Shown here: piece after piece, positions 55,051 through 63,932 of the stretch
Layout: each line of letters starts with the position of its first letter
Position numbering within the stretch: position 1 is the first letter of the stretch
Source: Candidatus Korarchaeum sp.
GTDB lineage: Archaea > Korarchaeota > Korarchaeia > Korarchaeales > Korarchaeaceae
Reading direction: 5' to 3'
Assembly: GCA_020833055.1 (NCBI GenBank)
Contig: JAJHQZ010000001.1
Location: 301,141 to 365,140 of the forward strand
Length of the DNA: 64,000 nucleotides
The notes under the pieces: generated by a model
The model's database searches: none
What the model was told of the DNA's origin: nothing
Seen by the model: only the letters and a program-made list of their open reading frames with translations
Translations under genes and position numbers: made by a program

Positions 55051-55370
55051 CTCGACTCCTCCAGCTCCCTCAAGACCTCAACTATCCTTGACTCCCCCTC
55101 TTCCATGATAGCAGCAGCTGATACGAAGAAGGGCTTCTTGAAGGCCCTCCCCAGGTCCAATGACTTCCCCGGATATTTGTAGATAGGAACTCCAGCTAAT
55201 TTAGAGAGGTACTCCAGCTCCATCCCTAGTTCCTCAGGTATGTTACTCGCTAGGACAACTAGCTTCGGGTTGCTTCCAGACTTAAGCTGTTTTATCACTT
55301 TCTTCGCCCCTAATATCACTTTTCCTGATTTAAGGGCGAGGTAGAGCTCGGATTCTACTTCGCTACTCAT
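55047..55370 (-). CDS. rpl30e: 50S ribosomal protein L30e
   Basis: SGKV.LG.K, KLV..ASN.P and LG....KPF.VS...I...GES.I. Confidence 0.95.
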   Translation of the reverse strand: MSSEVESELYLALKSGKVILGAKKVIKQLKSGSNPKLVVLASNIPEELGMELEYLSKLAGVPIYKYPGKSLDLGRAFKKPFFVSAAAIMEEGESRIVEVLRELEESR

Positions 55371-58300
55371 TCCTCAACATCTCCCCCATTTTCCCACTCA
55401 AGTCCCATAGTACTGCTACTTTGCCCGTCCCTATAGGTGGGGTCTGTCCCATTATTAAGGCATCGAGTGGGCCCAGTATCCTATTCACCTCCCCCTTCCT
55501 AGCCGTATTTAGTATCACATGAGTAGTCCACTCGAAGGCCATCTTGCTCAAGGGGGTCTTCATCTCACTGAAGAAGCCAGAGGGCACACCAGCGGCCTGA
55601 AGCCTTATAGCTTCTATCGTCCCTGAGTACGTCATTATATCGGCTACGAGTGAGATGTACCTCCTATCTACCTCTAGTCCCTGCTCCTCAAGGATACTAG
55701 CGAGCTCATTGAATATACAGTTCCTCGCGGCCTCTATACCGAGCACCCTCTCTATCTCCTTACAATCATTCGTGATAGTCCTCGCTATATCTACGCAACT
55801 CATACTCAATACAGCTGCTAAATTAGATCCAGAGGTCCTTATAACGTACTCCTTCTTTCCATTTGTCTCAACTGTCTCTACCCATGCTCTCTTTATTCCC
55901 CTGACGCCAGATACGGGCTTATCCAGTATCCTATAAGCCCAAGATCTGAGGGTTTGGAGGGGCTTATCCCTCCCCGCCGCTTCGTAAAGGTCCACTATTA
56001 TCTTATCGCCCTCCACTTCGACTTCCCCCTTCATCCCCTTCACTGTAGTTCTTATTATATTCAAGAACCTATCCATAGGTATCATGTTGTTCTCTAAAGC
56101 CCTCTTATCTGGTTTTATCGTTAACCTATAATTGAAGTTATCAATAGCGTATTCCTCTATGAGATCCCTCACTCTTAGCTCCCTCAAGTTCCTGAGCAAC
56201 TTCCTGAGGTTCGATAGGTCCTCTTGACACTTTGGTTTGAGATATATCTTCATCGTCGGCGTGCTAGTCGATGCGTAGAAGACCAGCTCCTTGAACCTCT
56301 CTACACCGTGGGTCACATCCATAGCTAAGAGGCCCGGCGCATGGAAAGTCCTGAGGACCATCTGTGTAGTGGGTTCAGCGATACTTTGAGCGCTTATCAG
56401 ACCTATAGGCGTGAGGACCTCTACCTTAGCCCTCTCGAATCCCTCCTTCAGCTCAGCTATTATCTCCTTCAACTCACTCTCCTTAGGCCTCGCTTTATAT
56501 ATAGTATCAGCTAGGGAGAGAGGGAGGTTCTCTTCCTTCAGTAATTCCTCAATTCTATCCTTCGAGACCCCTCTCTTCCTCTCCTCCTTCACATACTTCC
56601 TTATTATCCTCTCCAAATTGACTGGCTCGTTCCTGAAGAGCTTCGTGGGGTCGTAACCATCGCCCCCGAACTTGAACTGGATTATATGTCCCATCGAATC
56701 CCTGACTGTCTCATCGTAGGAGACGTATACGTCCTTCAGGGAGTTAGCCACCCTCCTGTAGAAGTATCCACTATCCTCAGTCCTCCTGCCCTTATCTATC
56801 AGGGACTCCCTGCTCGACATAGCGTGGAAGATGAACTCAGCTGGGGTCAAACCGCTCACGTAACTGTTCTTAACGAAACCTCTAGCTTCAGGGCTCAGAT
56901 CCCCTCTCTGGAAGTAAGAGAGGACCCTGTCCTTATATCCCTTCCTCGGCCTCCCGCTCGTTAGCACGAACCCTATCCTAGTCTTGACTTTCTGCTGGCC
57001 GACTTGACCCATTATCTGAGCTAAGTTCGCCATAGAACCTCTCGCTCCAGTCTTAGCCATTATGCTCACATTCGACTTCGGGTCCACGTACTTCGATATC
57101 ACACTGCTAACTTTACTCCAGAAGCTATCTATGGACTGGACTATATCGAACTCAAGCATCTGCTCCTCTCTCAATATCCTTAAGAGCTCCTCCTTCGTCC
57201 TGTAGATCGTGATCTTCCTCGTTATCGGTCTGCTCCTTATCAATCTCATAACTTCTTCCTTCATATTGGAGTATATTTCCTCTATCTCCTTCTTAGCTTC
57301 CTCGGGTACCATGAGCTCCTTCGGTGAGTTAGTTATACCGTAAAGGAGCACTTCTTTCGATGCTATCTTCAAGAGCTTATTTAGGAAATCCATCGCAACG
57401 TCCTCGCCGTAATCCCTTATCAGGACATCTATCAGAGTCAATCTCCCCTTAACGAGAGTACCAACTATATTATCATCCAGGACTCCTGAGAGGAGCTCCC
57501 CATTCCTTATAAGCACGTATCCATCTCCTAAGCAGAAGGGATCATTGCATTCCGAAGCCTTGACCGCTGACTTTGCTATACTCTCGAAGTTCAAGTCCTT
57601 GGGGAGCAATGTCGAGATGAGCTGCTTCCCTGTCCAGAGTCTCTTAGGCCTCTTTATAGCGGGCTCAGGTAATTGAGTTATACCCGCTCTTGAGAGGATC
57701 CTAGTGGCCTCATTCTTATCGAATAGGGAGTCCTTCTTCGTTATCATGTAGAGAGCAGTTATGAAGTCCTGCCTAGCTCCTATTATGGAGCCCCCGGTCC
57801 TGGGGGAGAGCATGTTGTACTTCACTCCCATGAGCTCCCTCACTTCAACGCTACCGTCCAGTATCTGGGGCACGTGTAAGTTCATCTCATCTCCATCGAA
57901 GTCAGCATTATAGGGGACGCAGACAGCTGGATGGAGCCTGAAAGTAGCTCCTGGCAGTACTTTAACCCTATGACCTAACATTGAGAGCTTGTGGAGGGAG
58001 GGCTGCCTGTTGAATATGACGTAATCACCATCCATGAGGTGCCTCTCAACTATATCTCCCGGTTCCAATTGCTCAGCCGCTTCCCTCAGAGCGTCCTTCC
58101 CCTTCCTCTGAAGTATCTTCAAGCTTATGGGCGTGACCCCTCCCTTCCTTATGGCATTAGCGCCCGGGTACTCATCAGGCCCCCTCATGACCAATTCCTT
58201 CAGCTTCTCTATGTTGTTCTCATTAACGTACTCTGGGACAGTGAGGACCATCGCTATCTCAATGGGGACACCGACTTCATCGATATCTATCATGGGATCA

Positions 58301-59337
58301 GGGGATATCACAGTTCTAGCTGAGAAATTGACCCTTTTACCTATCAAATTCTTCCTGAGCCTTCCCTCCTTCCCGCTGAGCCTCTGGAATAGTGATTTGA
58401 GCGGCCTCCTAGTCCCCTTCTGCATAGCTACAGGCATGCCCGCTGTAGCGTTATTGAAGAAGACGCTCACCCAGTATTGTAGATGGTCCCATTCACTCTC
58501 AACCATACTCACGGGAGCACCTACTTTCTTAGAATTATTCAGCTTCCTGTTGGCCTTCAGGATCTCAACTAATATGTGAGTCAGATCGTCCTCAGACCTC
58601 TCACCGGTCTCGAGGTATATCGAGGGCCTAGCTGTCAGAGGGGGGACCAATAGGACTGTGAGAACTGTCCACTCAGGTCTAGCTTTCTTAGGGTCAAATC
58701 CCACTAGAAGGGAATCATCATCACTGATTTTCTCCAATATGTCCCTTATCTCATTGGGCCACAGTCTCCTAGGCTCTGGTTCCTTGATAATGAATTTGTA
58801 GACTTCCTCTAACTCGACTCTATGGATGGGAGCTCCGCAATGAGGGCACTTCTTATGCTTCTTAACGTAAAGCTTGACTTGCTCCCTCACTTCCCTCACG
58901 AGTTCATCATCGATCACTTTCTCTGGGTTGTCCCTAGCGTACTCATGAGCTCTCTCAATGAAATGAGATCTCCTCTCTTGGGGCAGCAGGACCTTCCCGC
59001 ACTTGTGACAGACAGTATTGAGGACGTCCTTTATCCTCTTCACGTAACCTATGTGTATCACGGGCATCGCTAACTCTATCCTTCCGAAGTGCCCAGGGCA
59101 GTTCTTAGGGAGGTTCCCACATACAGGACACCTCTGCCTCGGATTTATAGTCCCGAGCCTAGGATCGAGGACGCCTCCTTGGACTGGGAGGCCTCCCTCA
59201 TCGTAAGCAGTAGGTTCAGTTATCTCTATGAACCCTATCTTCCTAGCGTCAGCTGGCGATATTAACCCGAAGATGACTTTATCGAGTTTACAAGGCAGGA
59301 TCTCCTCCTCAGGCACTGGCTCCCATATCAAAGCCAA
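55363..59337 (-). CDS. rpo1: DNA-directed RNA polymerase largest subunit, fused A'+A'' (Rpo1)
   Basis: C..C......CPGHFG, GKEGR.R.NL.GKRV.FSARTVI, NRQPSLH and NADFDGDEMN, with A''-type C-terminal motifs in one 1324-aa ORF. TTG start. Confidence 0.98.
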   Translation of the reverse strand: MALIWEPVPEEEILPCKLDKVIFGLISPADARKIGFIEITEPTAYDEGGLPVQGGVLDPRLGTINPRQRCPVCGNLPKNCPGHFGRIELAMPVIHIGYVKRIKDVLNTVCHKCGKVLLPQERRSHFIERAHEYARDNPEKVIDDELVREVREQVKLYVKKHKKCPHCGAPIHRVELEEVYKFIIKEPEPRRLWPNEIRDILEKISDDDSLLVGFDPKKARPEWTVLTVLLVPPLTARPSIYLETGERSEDDLTHILVEILKANRKLNNSKKVGAPVSMVESEWDHLQYWVSVFFNNATAGMPVAMQKGTRRPLKSLFQRLSGKEGRLRKNLIGKRVNFSARTVISPDPMIDIDEVGVPIEIAMVLTVPEYVNENNIEKLKELVMRGPDEYPGANAIRKGGVTPISLKILQRKGKDALREAAEQLEPGDIVERHLMDGDYVIFNRQPSLHKLSMLGHRVKVLPGATFRLHPAVCVPYNADFDGDEMNLHVPQILDGSVEVRELMGVKYNMLSPRTGGSIIGARQDFITALYMITKKDSLFDKNEATRILSRAGITQLPEPAIKRPKRLWTGKQLISTLLPKDLNFESIAKSAVKASECNDPFCLGDGYVLIRNGELLSGVLDDNIVGTLVKGRLTLIDVLIRDYGEDVAMDFLNKLLKIASKEVLLYGITNSPKELMVPEEAKKEIEEIYSNMKEEVMRLIRSRPITRKITIYRTKEELLRILREEQMLEFDIVQSIDSFWSKVSSVISKYVDPKSNVSIMAKTGARGSMANLAQIMGQVGQQKVKTRIGFVLTSGRPRKGYKDRVLSYFQRGDLSPEARGFVKNSYVSGLTPAEFIFHAMSSRESLIDKGRRTEDSGYFYRRVANSLKDVYVSYDETVRDSMGHIIQFKFGGDGYDPTKLFRNEPVNLERIIRKYVKEERKRGVSKDRIEELLKEENLPLSLADTIYKARPKESELKEIIAELKEGFERAKVEVLTPIGLISAQSIAEPTTQMVLRTFHAPGLLAMDVTHGVERFKELVFYASTSTPTMKIYLKPKCQEDLSNLRKLLRNLRELRVRDLIEEYAIDNFNYRLTIKPDKRALENNMIPMDRFLNIIRTTVKGMKGEVEVEGDKIIVDLYEAAGRDKPLQTLRSWAYRILDKPVSGVRGIKRAWVETVETNGKKEYVIRTSGSNLAAVLSMSCVDIARTITNDCKEIERVLGIEAARNCIFNELASILEEQGLEVDRRYISLVADIMTYSGTIEAIRLQAAGVPSGFFSEMKTPLSKMAFEWTTHVILNTARKGEVNRILGPLDALIMGQTPPIGTGKVAVLWDLSGKMGEMLRNE

Positions 59338-59347
59338 ATTCCCACCC

Positions 59348-62300
59348 CTATATCTCCTCCTTAACGCTCAGCCTCACATCTATGTGCCCGCTCATCAGCT
59401 CCTCTATGAATAACTTCGAAGCGTAACTAGTTATCAGGGGCTTGACTTCAACTGAGGACTGGCACCTCGGGCAGAAGAACTCATTAGTCTTCTGGTTGAA
59501 GAAAGCTATAGTTCCGCATTCCTTGCAGACGTAAATAACAGTCTTATCGGACTGATCTATGTACCTATCCCTTATGACAGAAGCGGCTCCATGGGATATC
59601 AAAACTTCGCCCTCCATCTCACCGAGCCTGAGCCCTCCTCCCCTGGCCCTCCCCTCAACTGGCTGCCTCGTGAGGAGTTGCATCTGCCCCCTAGCTCTAG
59701 CGTGTATCTTATCCCTCACCATGTGCTTGAGCCTCTGGTAGTAGCTTATCCCTATGAAGACGGGGGCCTTCAACATCCTCCCAGTCCTCCCATCGTACAT
59801 TATCTCCTCTCCACTGTACTCGAATCCCAGCTTGACCAATGCCTCCATCAAATCCTCAACGGGCTCTGACATGAATGGAGTCGCATCCACGAACCTCCCC
59901 TCCAGAGCTCCGACTTTTCCAGCTATTATCTCGTAGAGCTGGCCTATAGTCATCCTCGAAGGTATCGTGTGAGGATCTAAGACTATATCGGGTACTATCC
60001 CCTGAGCTGTGAAGGGCATGTCCTCATGCCTGTATATCATCCCAAGCACTCCTTTCTGCCCATGCCTAGTAGCGAACTTATCACCTAGTTCAGGAGGCCT
60101 CGTATCTCTCACATTCACTCTTACGAGCTTCTCCCCACCCGTCTTAGTAGCTAGTAATACGTCTGTGACTACTCCCCTCTCCCAAGCCCTCATCGAGATA
60201 GATGTGTCCCTCCTCTCGAATGTGTACTGAGGATACCCGCTCCCCACGGTCAGCTCTGGTGAGAACCTCGGGGGGCTAGTCTTCCCTATGAGGATATCCC
60301 CTCCCTCTACGTAAGTCTCGGGATCCACTATGCCATCCTCACCCAGCTTCTGGTAGTACTGCTCCTCCTTCTTACCTGAGACCTTCTTCAGGGCTACTGG
60401 ATTCTCGAACTTATCTCCCTCTATTATAGCATGCCTCCTCGCCTCAGTCTCGTAAGTCCTGAAGAACACAGCTCTAGCAGCCCCCCTATCTATAGCTCCC
60501 TTCGACATCACTAGTGCGTCGTCCATGTTATACCCGTCCATTGGGAGGAGGGCGACGACTAAGTTCTGGCCCGCTGGTCTGTAATTGTAACCAGTTATCT
60601 CAGCTCCCCTAGTCTGGACTATGGGCTTCTGGGGGTAGAACATTAAGAATGCCCTACTATCGAATCTGAGCCTCCAATTCGCTAAATACTCCCCTAACCC
60701 TTGCCTCACCATATTCGCTCCTATTATGTCCCTAGGTATGTTATTGTGCTCAGCGTAAGGTATCTGTGAAGCAGCTACGCCGAACATAGTGTAAGGAGCG
60801 AAATCGAGGTGCGTGTGCTTATCGGTTATCTCCTCTATGCTCTGCGCAACTACAGCATACTCCTCCTCATCTGGGTCTAATAGCTCAACTATCCCCATTT
60901 TCACGAGATCAGTGAAGCTTATCTCACCGGAATCTACCTTCGGGAGGAGCTCTATAGCTTCCTTCAACTTGCTGACTGGGATGAGGGGCCTCCTCATCCT
61001 CCCAGCATCGGCGTTTATGAATACAGCCCCCTCCTCCTTATTGTATATGAAGTTGACCTCTGTGCTCAGTTCAGCTCTCTTCCCCTTCAGGAACCTTATA
61101 AGTTCCTCTGGCTTATCTGTGAAAGCTATGAGCCTCCCATTGACATATATCGGGGTTAAACTCCCGACTTCCTTAGGTTTAGCTTCCTTAGCTGGTTTCG
61201 CGCCCCAATCGAGCACTAACTCTATTATGGGCTCGGGATCCGTCCCGAACGTCACATCGCAGAATATAGCTAAGCTCCTCACTAGACCTACGTTCGTCCC
61301 CTCCGGAGTCTCTAATGGGCACAACCTCCCTATGCTAGTCCCGTGGGTCTGCCTAACTTCATGGAGCGGGAGGCCGGCGGGGAGGGGGGAATTGACCCTC
61401 CTCAAGTGATGAAGTGTAGCTATGTAATTCGTCCTCTCTAGGTTCTGACTCACTCCCAGATCCCCTCCTGGCCAAGCACCTGTAGCTACAGCCCTTATTA
61501 TCCTCTGGGTGACGAGCTTCTGGCTCTGAATTATCCTCCTTATATCCAAGTCATAGACGCCGCTGCTCAATTGCTCATCAGCTTTCTCCTTTAGCTTCCT
61601 GACTAGTTGATAGAAAGCGTCCCTGAATACTTCCTGCATTAGAGTACCCGATAGCCTCAGCCTCTTGTTGGAGAAGTGATCCTTATCGTCCGGCTCTAAC
61701 TTGCCCCTGACGACCTTTAGTAACTTCTCTATCATCTTAGCTAGGAAGTAAGCCTTGACTATGTTATCCTCCTCAGTCACCCCTATGTGAGGGAGGAAGT
61801 TGTTCTTCAAGTACTCCTTAGCGTACCTTATCCTATCGGCCTTCGGGACAGCTTGAACGAGTCTCCTGCCTATGTAATCTAATGCCTCCTCTCTCGTTAT
61901 TATCTGCGTCCCTTCCTCCTCAGCTCTCCTCTGGACGTCATCTAAACTGTAGAGGAACTCGTTCCTTATCTCATCGTCCACAGAGGATATAGCGTCCACT
62001 ATATCCTCGTCCCTCTCCAACCCCAATGCCTTCAAGAGCATCGCTACAGGGATCCCTCTGAGAGCTCCCGTAGATGCTTTTATCGTCCCGTCCCTCATGT
62101 AGTACTCTAAGTAAAGCCTGGTCCTCAGACCAGCTCTAGCTGAGACTATCTGAGCTACATGCGAATAGGGTTTGTTCTCAGCTACTGTCTGCTCGACTAT
62201 CACTTTATTGGGTGCTATATCATCCCTCATGACGAGGACTCTCTCAGAGCCGTTTATTATGAAGTAGCCACCCGGATCCCTGGGATCCTCCCCCTTGCTT

Positions 62301-62713
62301 ATCAACTTCTTCTCATCTAACCCATATAAGTAGCATCCCTTCGATTTCACCATTATGGGGAGGTGGCCTATCCTCACCCTCTCAGTCTTGAGCTCCATAC
62401 CTCCAGCGTATACCTTGATCTCCAGCTCGATGGGAGCTATGTAATCCGCGTTCCTCAACCTTATCTCATTGGGCATCGCTGGGAGTGAGGAACCATCGTA
62501 CTCATCTATCTCGGGCCTTCCAACGTATACCTTGCTGAGTATCAGCTTGTAATTCTCGACTAACTCTATCTCCTTGAAAGCATCGACTACTTCCTGTATG
62601 CCCCTCTCCAAGAACCTGTTGAACGACTCTATCTGGACATCGGCTAAGTTCCTCTCCCTGAAGTAAGCCTTGACTATCGGATAGAAATCAACCCCATTCC
62701 TCTTAGATAGCAA
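59348..62713 (-). CDS. rpo2: DNA-directed RNA polymerase subunit B (Rpo2), unsplit
   Basis: GGYFIINGSERV, CP.ETPEG, GDKFATRHGQKG, PSRMT.GQ, KHMV.DK.HAR, GGLR.GEME and a C-terminal zinc ribbon. Confidence 0.98.
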   Translation of the reverse strand: MLSKRNGVDFYPIVKAYFRERNLADVQIESFNRFLERGIQEVVDAFKEIELVENYKLILSKVYVGRPEIDEYDGSSLPAMPNEIRLRNADYIAPIELEIKVYAGGMELKTERVRIGHLPIMVKSKGCYLYGLDEKKLISKGEDPRDPGGYFIINGSERVLVMRDDIAPNKVIVEQTVAENKPYSHVAQIVSARAGLRTRLYLEYYMRDGTIKASTGALRGIPVAMLLKALGLERDEDIVDAISSVDDEIRNEFLYSLDDVQRRAEEEGTQIITREEALDYIGRRLVQAVPKADRIRYAKEYLKNNFLPHIGVTEEDNIVKAYFLAKMIEKLLKVVRGKLEPDDKDHFSNKRLRLSGTLMQEVFRDAFYQLVRKLKEKADEQLSSGVYDLDIRRIIQSQKLVTQRIIRAVATGAWPGGDLGVSQNLERTNYIATLHHLRRVNSPLPAGLPLHEVRQTHGTSIGRLCPLETPEGTNVGLVRSLAIFCDVTFGTDPEPIIELVLDWGAKPAKEAKPKEVGSLTPIYVNGRLIAFTDKPEELIRFLKGKRAELSTEVNFIYNKEEGAVFINADAGRMRRPLIPVSKLKEAIELLPKVDSGEISFTDLVKMGIVELLDPDEEEYAVVAQSIEEITDKHTHLDFAPYTMFGVAASQIPYAEHNNIPRDIIGANMVRQGLGEYLANWRLRFDSRAFLMFYPQKPIVQTRGAEITGYNYRPAGQNLVVALLPMDGYNMDDALVMSKGAIDRGAARAVFFRTYETEARRHAIIEGDKFENPVALKKVSGKKEEQYYQKLGEDGIVDPETYVEGGDILIGKTSPPRFSPELTVGSGYPQYTFERRDTSISMRAWERGVVTDVLLATKTGGEKLVRVNVRDTRPPELGDKFATRHGQKGVLGMIYRHEDMPFTAQGIVPDIVLDPHTIPSRMTIGQLYEIIAGKVGALEGRFVDATPFMSEPVEDLMEALVKLGFEYSGEEIMYDGRTGRMLKAPVFIGISYYQRLKHMVRDKIHARARGQMQLLTRQPVEGRARGGGLRLGEMEGEVLISHGAASVIRDRYIDQSDKTVIYVCKECGTIAFFNQKTNEFFCPRCQSSVEVKPLITSYASKLFIEELMSGHIDVRLSVKEEI

Positions 62714-62716
62714 GAT

Positions 62717-63076
62717 TCACCCCTCCTGAACTTCCTGAAGATGCCTTTCCCTCACTACGTACCTGTAATAGATCCCCTCATCCCTATATATCTTTATCAG
62801 ATCCCCCGGTTTCGCCCCCAACCTCTCGACCATAGGATCGCTCTCCAATATCTTCGGGAAGAGATCTAGAGGGCCGTACTTCTGGATGAGAGCTATCTTC
62901 TCCTCTTCGCTCACTATCTCATGCTTCGGGACCATCAAGCTCTCCTCTATGTTTACCTTCAGGGGCTTCCTTAACTTCTTCCCCTTCTTCTCCTCGACTT
63001 CTATAAGGGACTCCTCTTCAGTCTCGTAATCCAGGGGGGCGCCAGCCCCCCGTAGGATATCTTCCTCCTCTACCAA
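62717..63076 (-). CDS. rpo5: RNA polymerase subunit Rpo5/H with N-terminal extension
   Basis: VPKHEI..EEE, PKI..SDP....GAKPGD.IKI.R and YYR.VV. Confidence 0.93.
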   Translation of the reverse strand: MVEEEDILRGAGAPLDYETEEESLIEVEEKKGKKLRKPLKVNIEESLMVPKHEIVSEEEKIALIQKYGPLDLFPKILESDPMVERLGAKPGDLIKIYRDEGIYYRYVVRERHLQEVQEG

Positions 63077-63335
63077 TCAGGCACCCCCATAGGGAAAGCT
63101 CTCCGTATATGATCGTCCCTCCTTACCGCTCCACTTTTTAAACATATGCCTAGATGCGATAGAGCTCATGCCAGCTCAGAGGTCCCTAAAAAGAATTAAC
63201 TGATGCTACTCCAGCCAGAAGAGACTAAACATAACTAATTTCTCGTCAGTAGATATATCTTATCTCTCAACTCAATCGAGCGGGGTGATCCGAGGGCAAT
63301 CGTTTTTAATTTTCGGGCCTCAGATACAGGGGGTA

Positions 63336-63932
63336 ATGTTGGAGGAGGTCATAGAGATAAGGTGGCACGGTAGAGGTGGTCAGGGGGCTGTTTTAGCTTC
63401 TAGGATAGCTGCTGGAGCTGCTTTCCTCGAGGGGAAGTGGTCTCAAGCTTTCCCCTTCTTCGGGGCTGAGAGGAGGGGGGCTCCGGTCACTGCTTTCACT
63501 AGGATAGGGAACTCCCCGATAAGGTTGAGGAGCCAGGTATATGAGCCGGATGTATTGGTCTTAATGGACCCCATGTTCCTCAACATGGAGCTAGCTTGGA
63601 GGGGGGTAAAGCCTAGCACTATAGTGATAGCGAACACACCGAAGGCCCCGGAGGAGGTGTCCCTCCCAGTGAGAGTGAAGAGGCTCGCTTGCGTAGATGC
63701 TACTGCTATAAGCATGGAGCTAGGTCTCAAAGTAGCTGGGCTCCCCGTCCCTAATTCCCCGATGGTAGGGGCTCTGATAAAGGGAACCTCCCTCTTCTCA
63801 ATCGAGAGCGCTGAGAGAGCTGTAAGGGACATACTCCGCAGGGCTGCTGATGTGAATATCGAAGCTATGAGGAGGGCTTATGAGGAGACATCGGTAGTTG
63901 AGGAGCCGGAGGTAAGCGGATCTCAGACTTGA
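63336..63932 (+). CDS. porG: 2-oxoacid:ferredoxin oxidoreductase gamma subunit
   Basis: EIRWHGRGGQGAV, FG.ERRGAPV.AF.R, VDAT.I.......P.PN..M.GA. ATG 63336. Confidence 0.93.
   Translation: MLEEVIEIRWHGRGGQGAVLASRIAAGAAFLEGKWSQAFPFFGAERRGAPVTAFTRIGNSPIRLRSQVYEPDVLVLMDPMFLNMELAWRGVKPSTIVIANTPKAPEEVSLPVRVKRLACVDATAISMELGLKVAGLPVPNSPMVGALIKGTSLFSIESAERAVRDILRRAADVNIEAMRRAYEETSVVEEPEVSGSQT

Noticed and set aside
8201-63335. Extended N-termini given by the ORF track for fbp, tpiA, map, the DGGGP synthase, the first CBS gene, rpl3, pgk, rps12 and porG
   Set aside because: These come from choosing the longest ORF. Downstream ATGs match family N-termini and mostly have SD motifs, so the extensions are not treated as real.
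1473-63832. Many 60-200 aa ORFs antisense to or overlapping well-identified genes (e.g. 1473-1805, 14132-14572, 20998-21612, 38628-39128, 48353-48769, 60813-61409, 63443-63832)
   Set aside because: These are shadow ORFs. They are Ser/Leu/Ile/Pro-rich mirror translations of purine-rich coding strands, have no motifs, and lie wholly within conserved genes.
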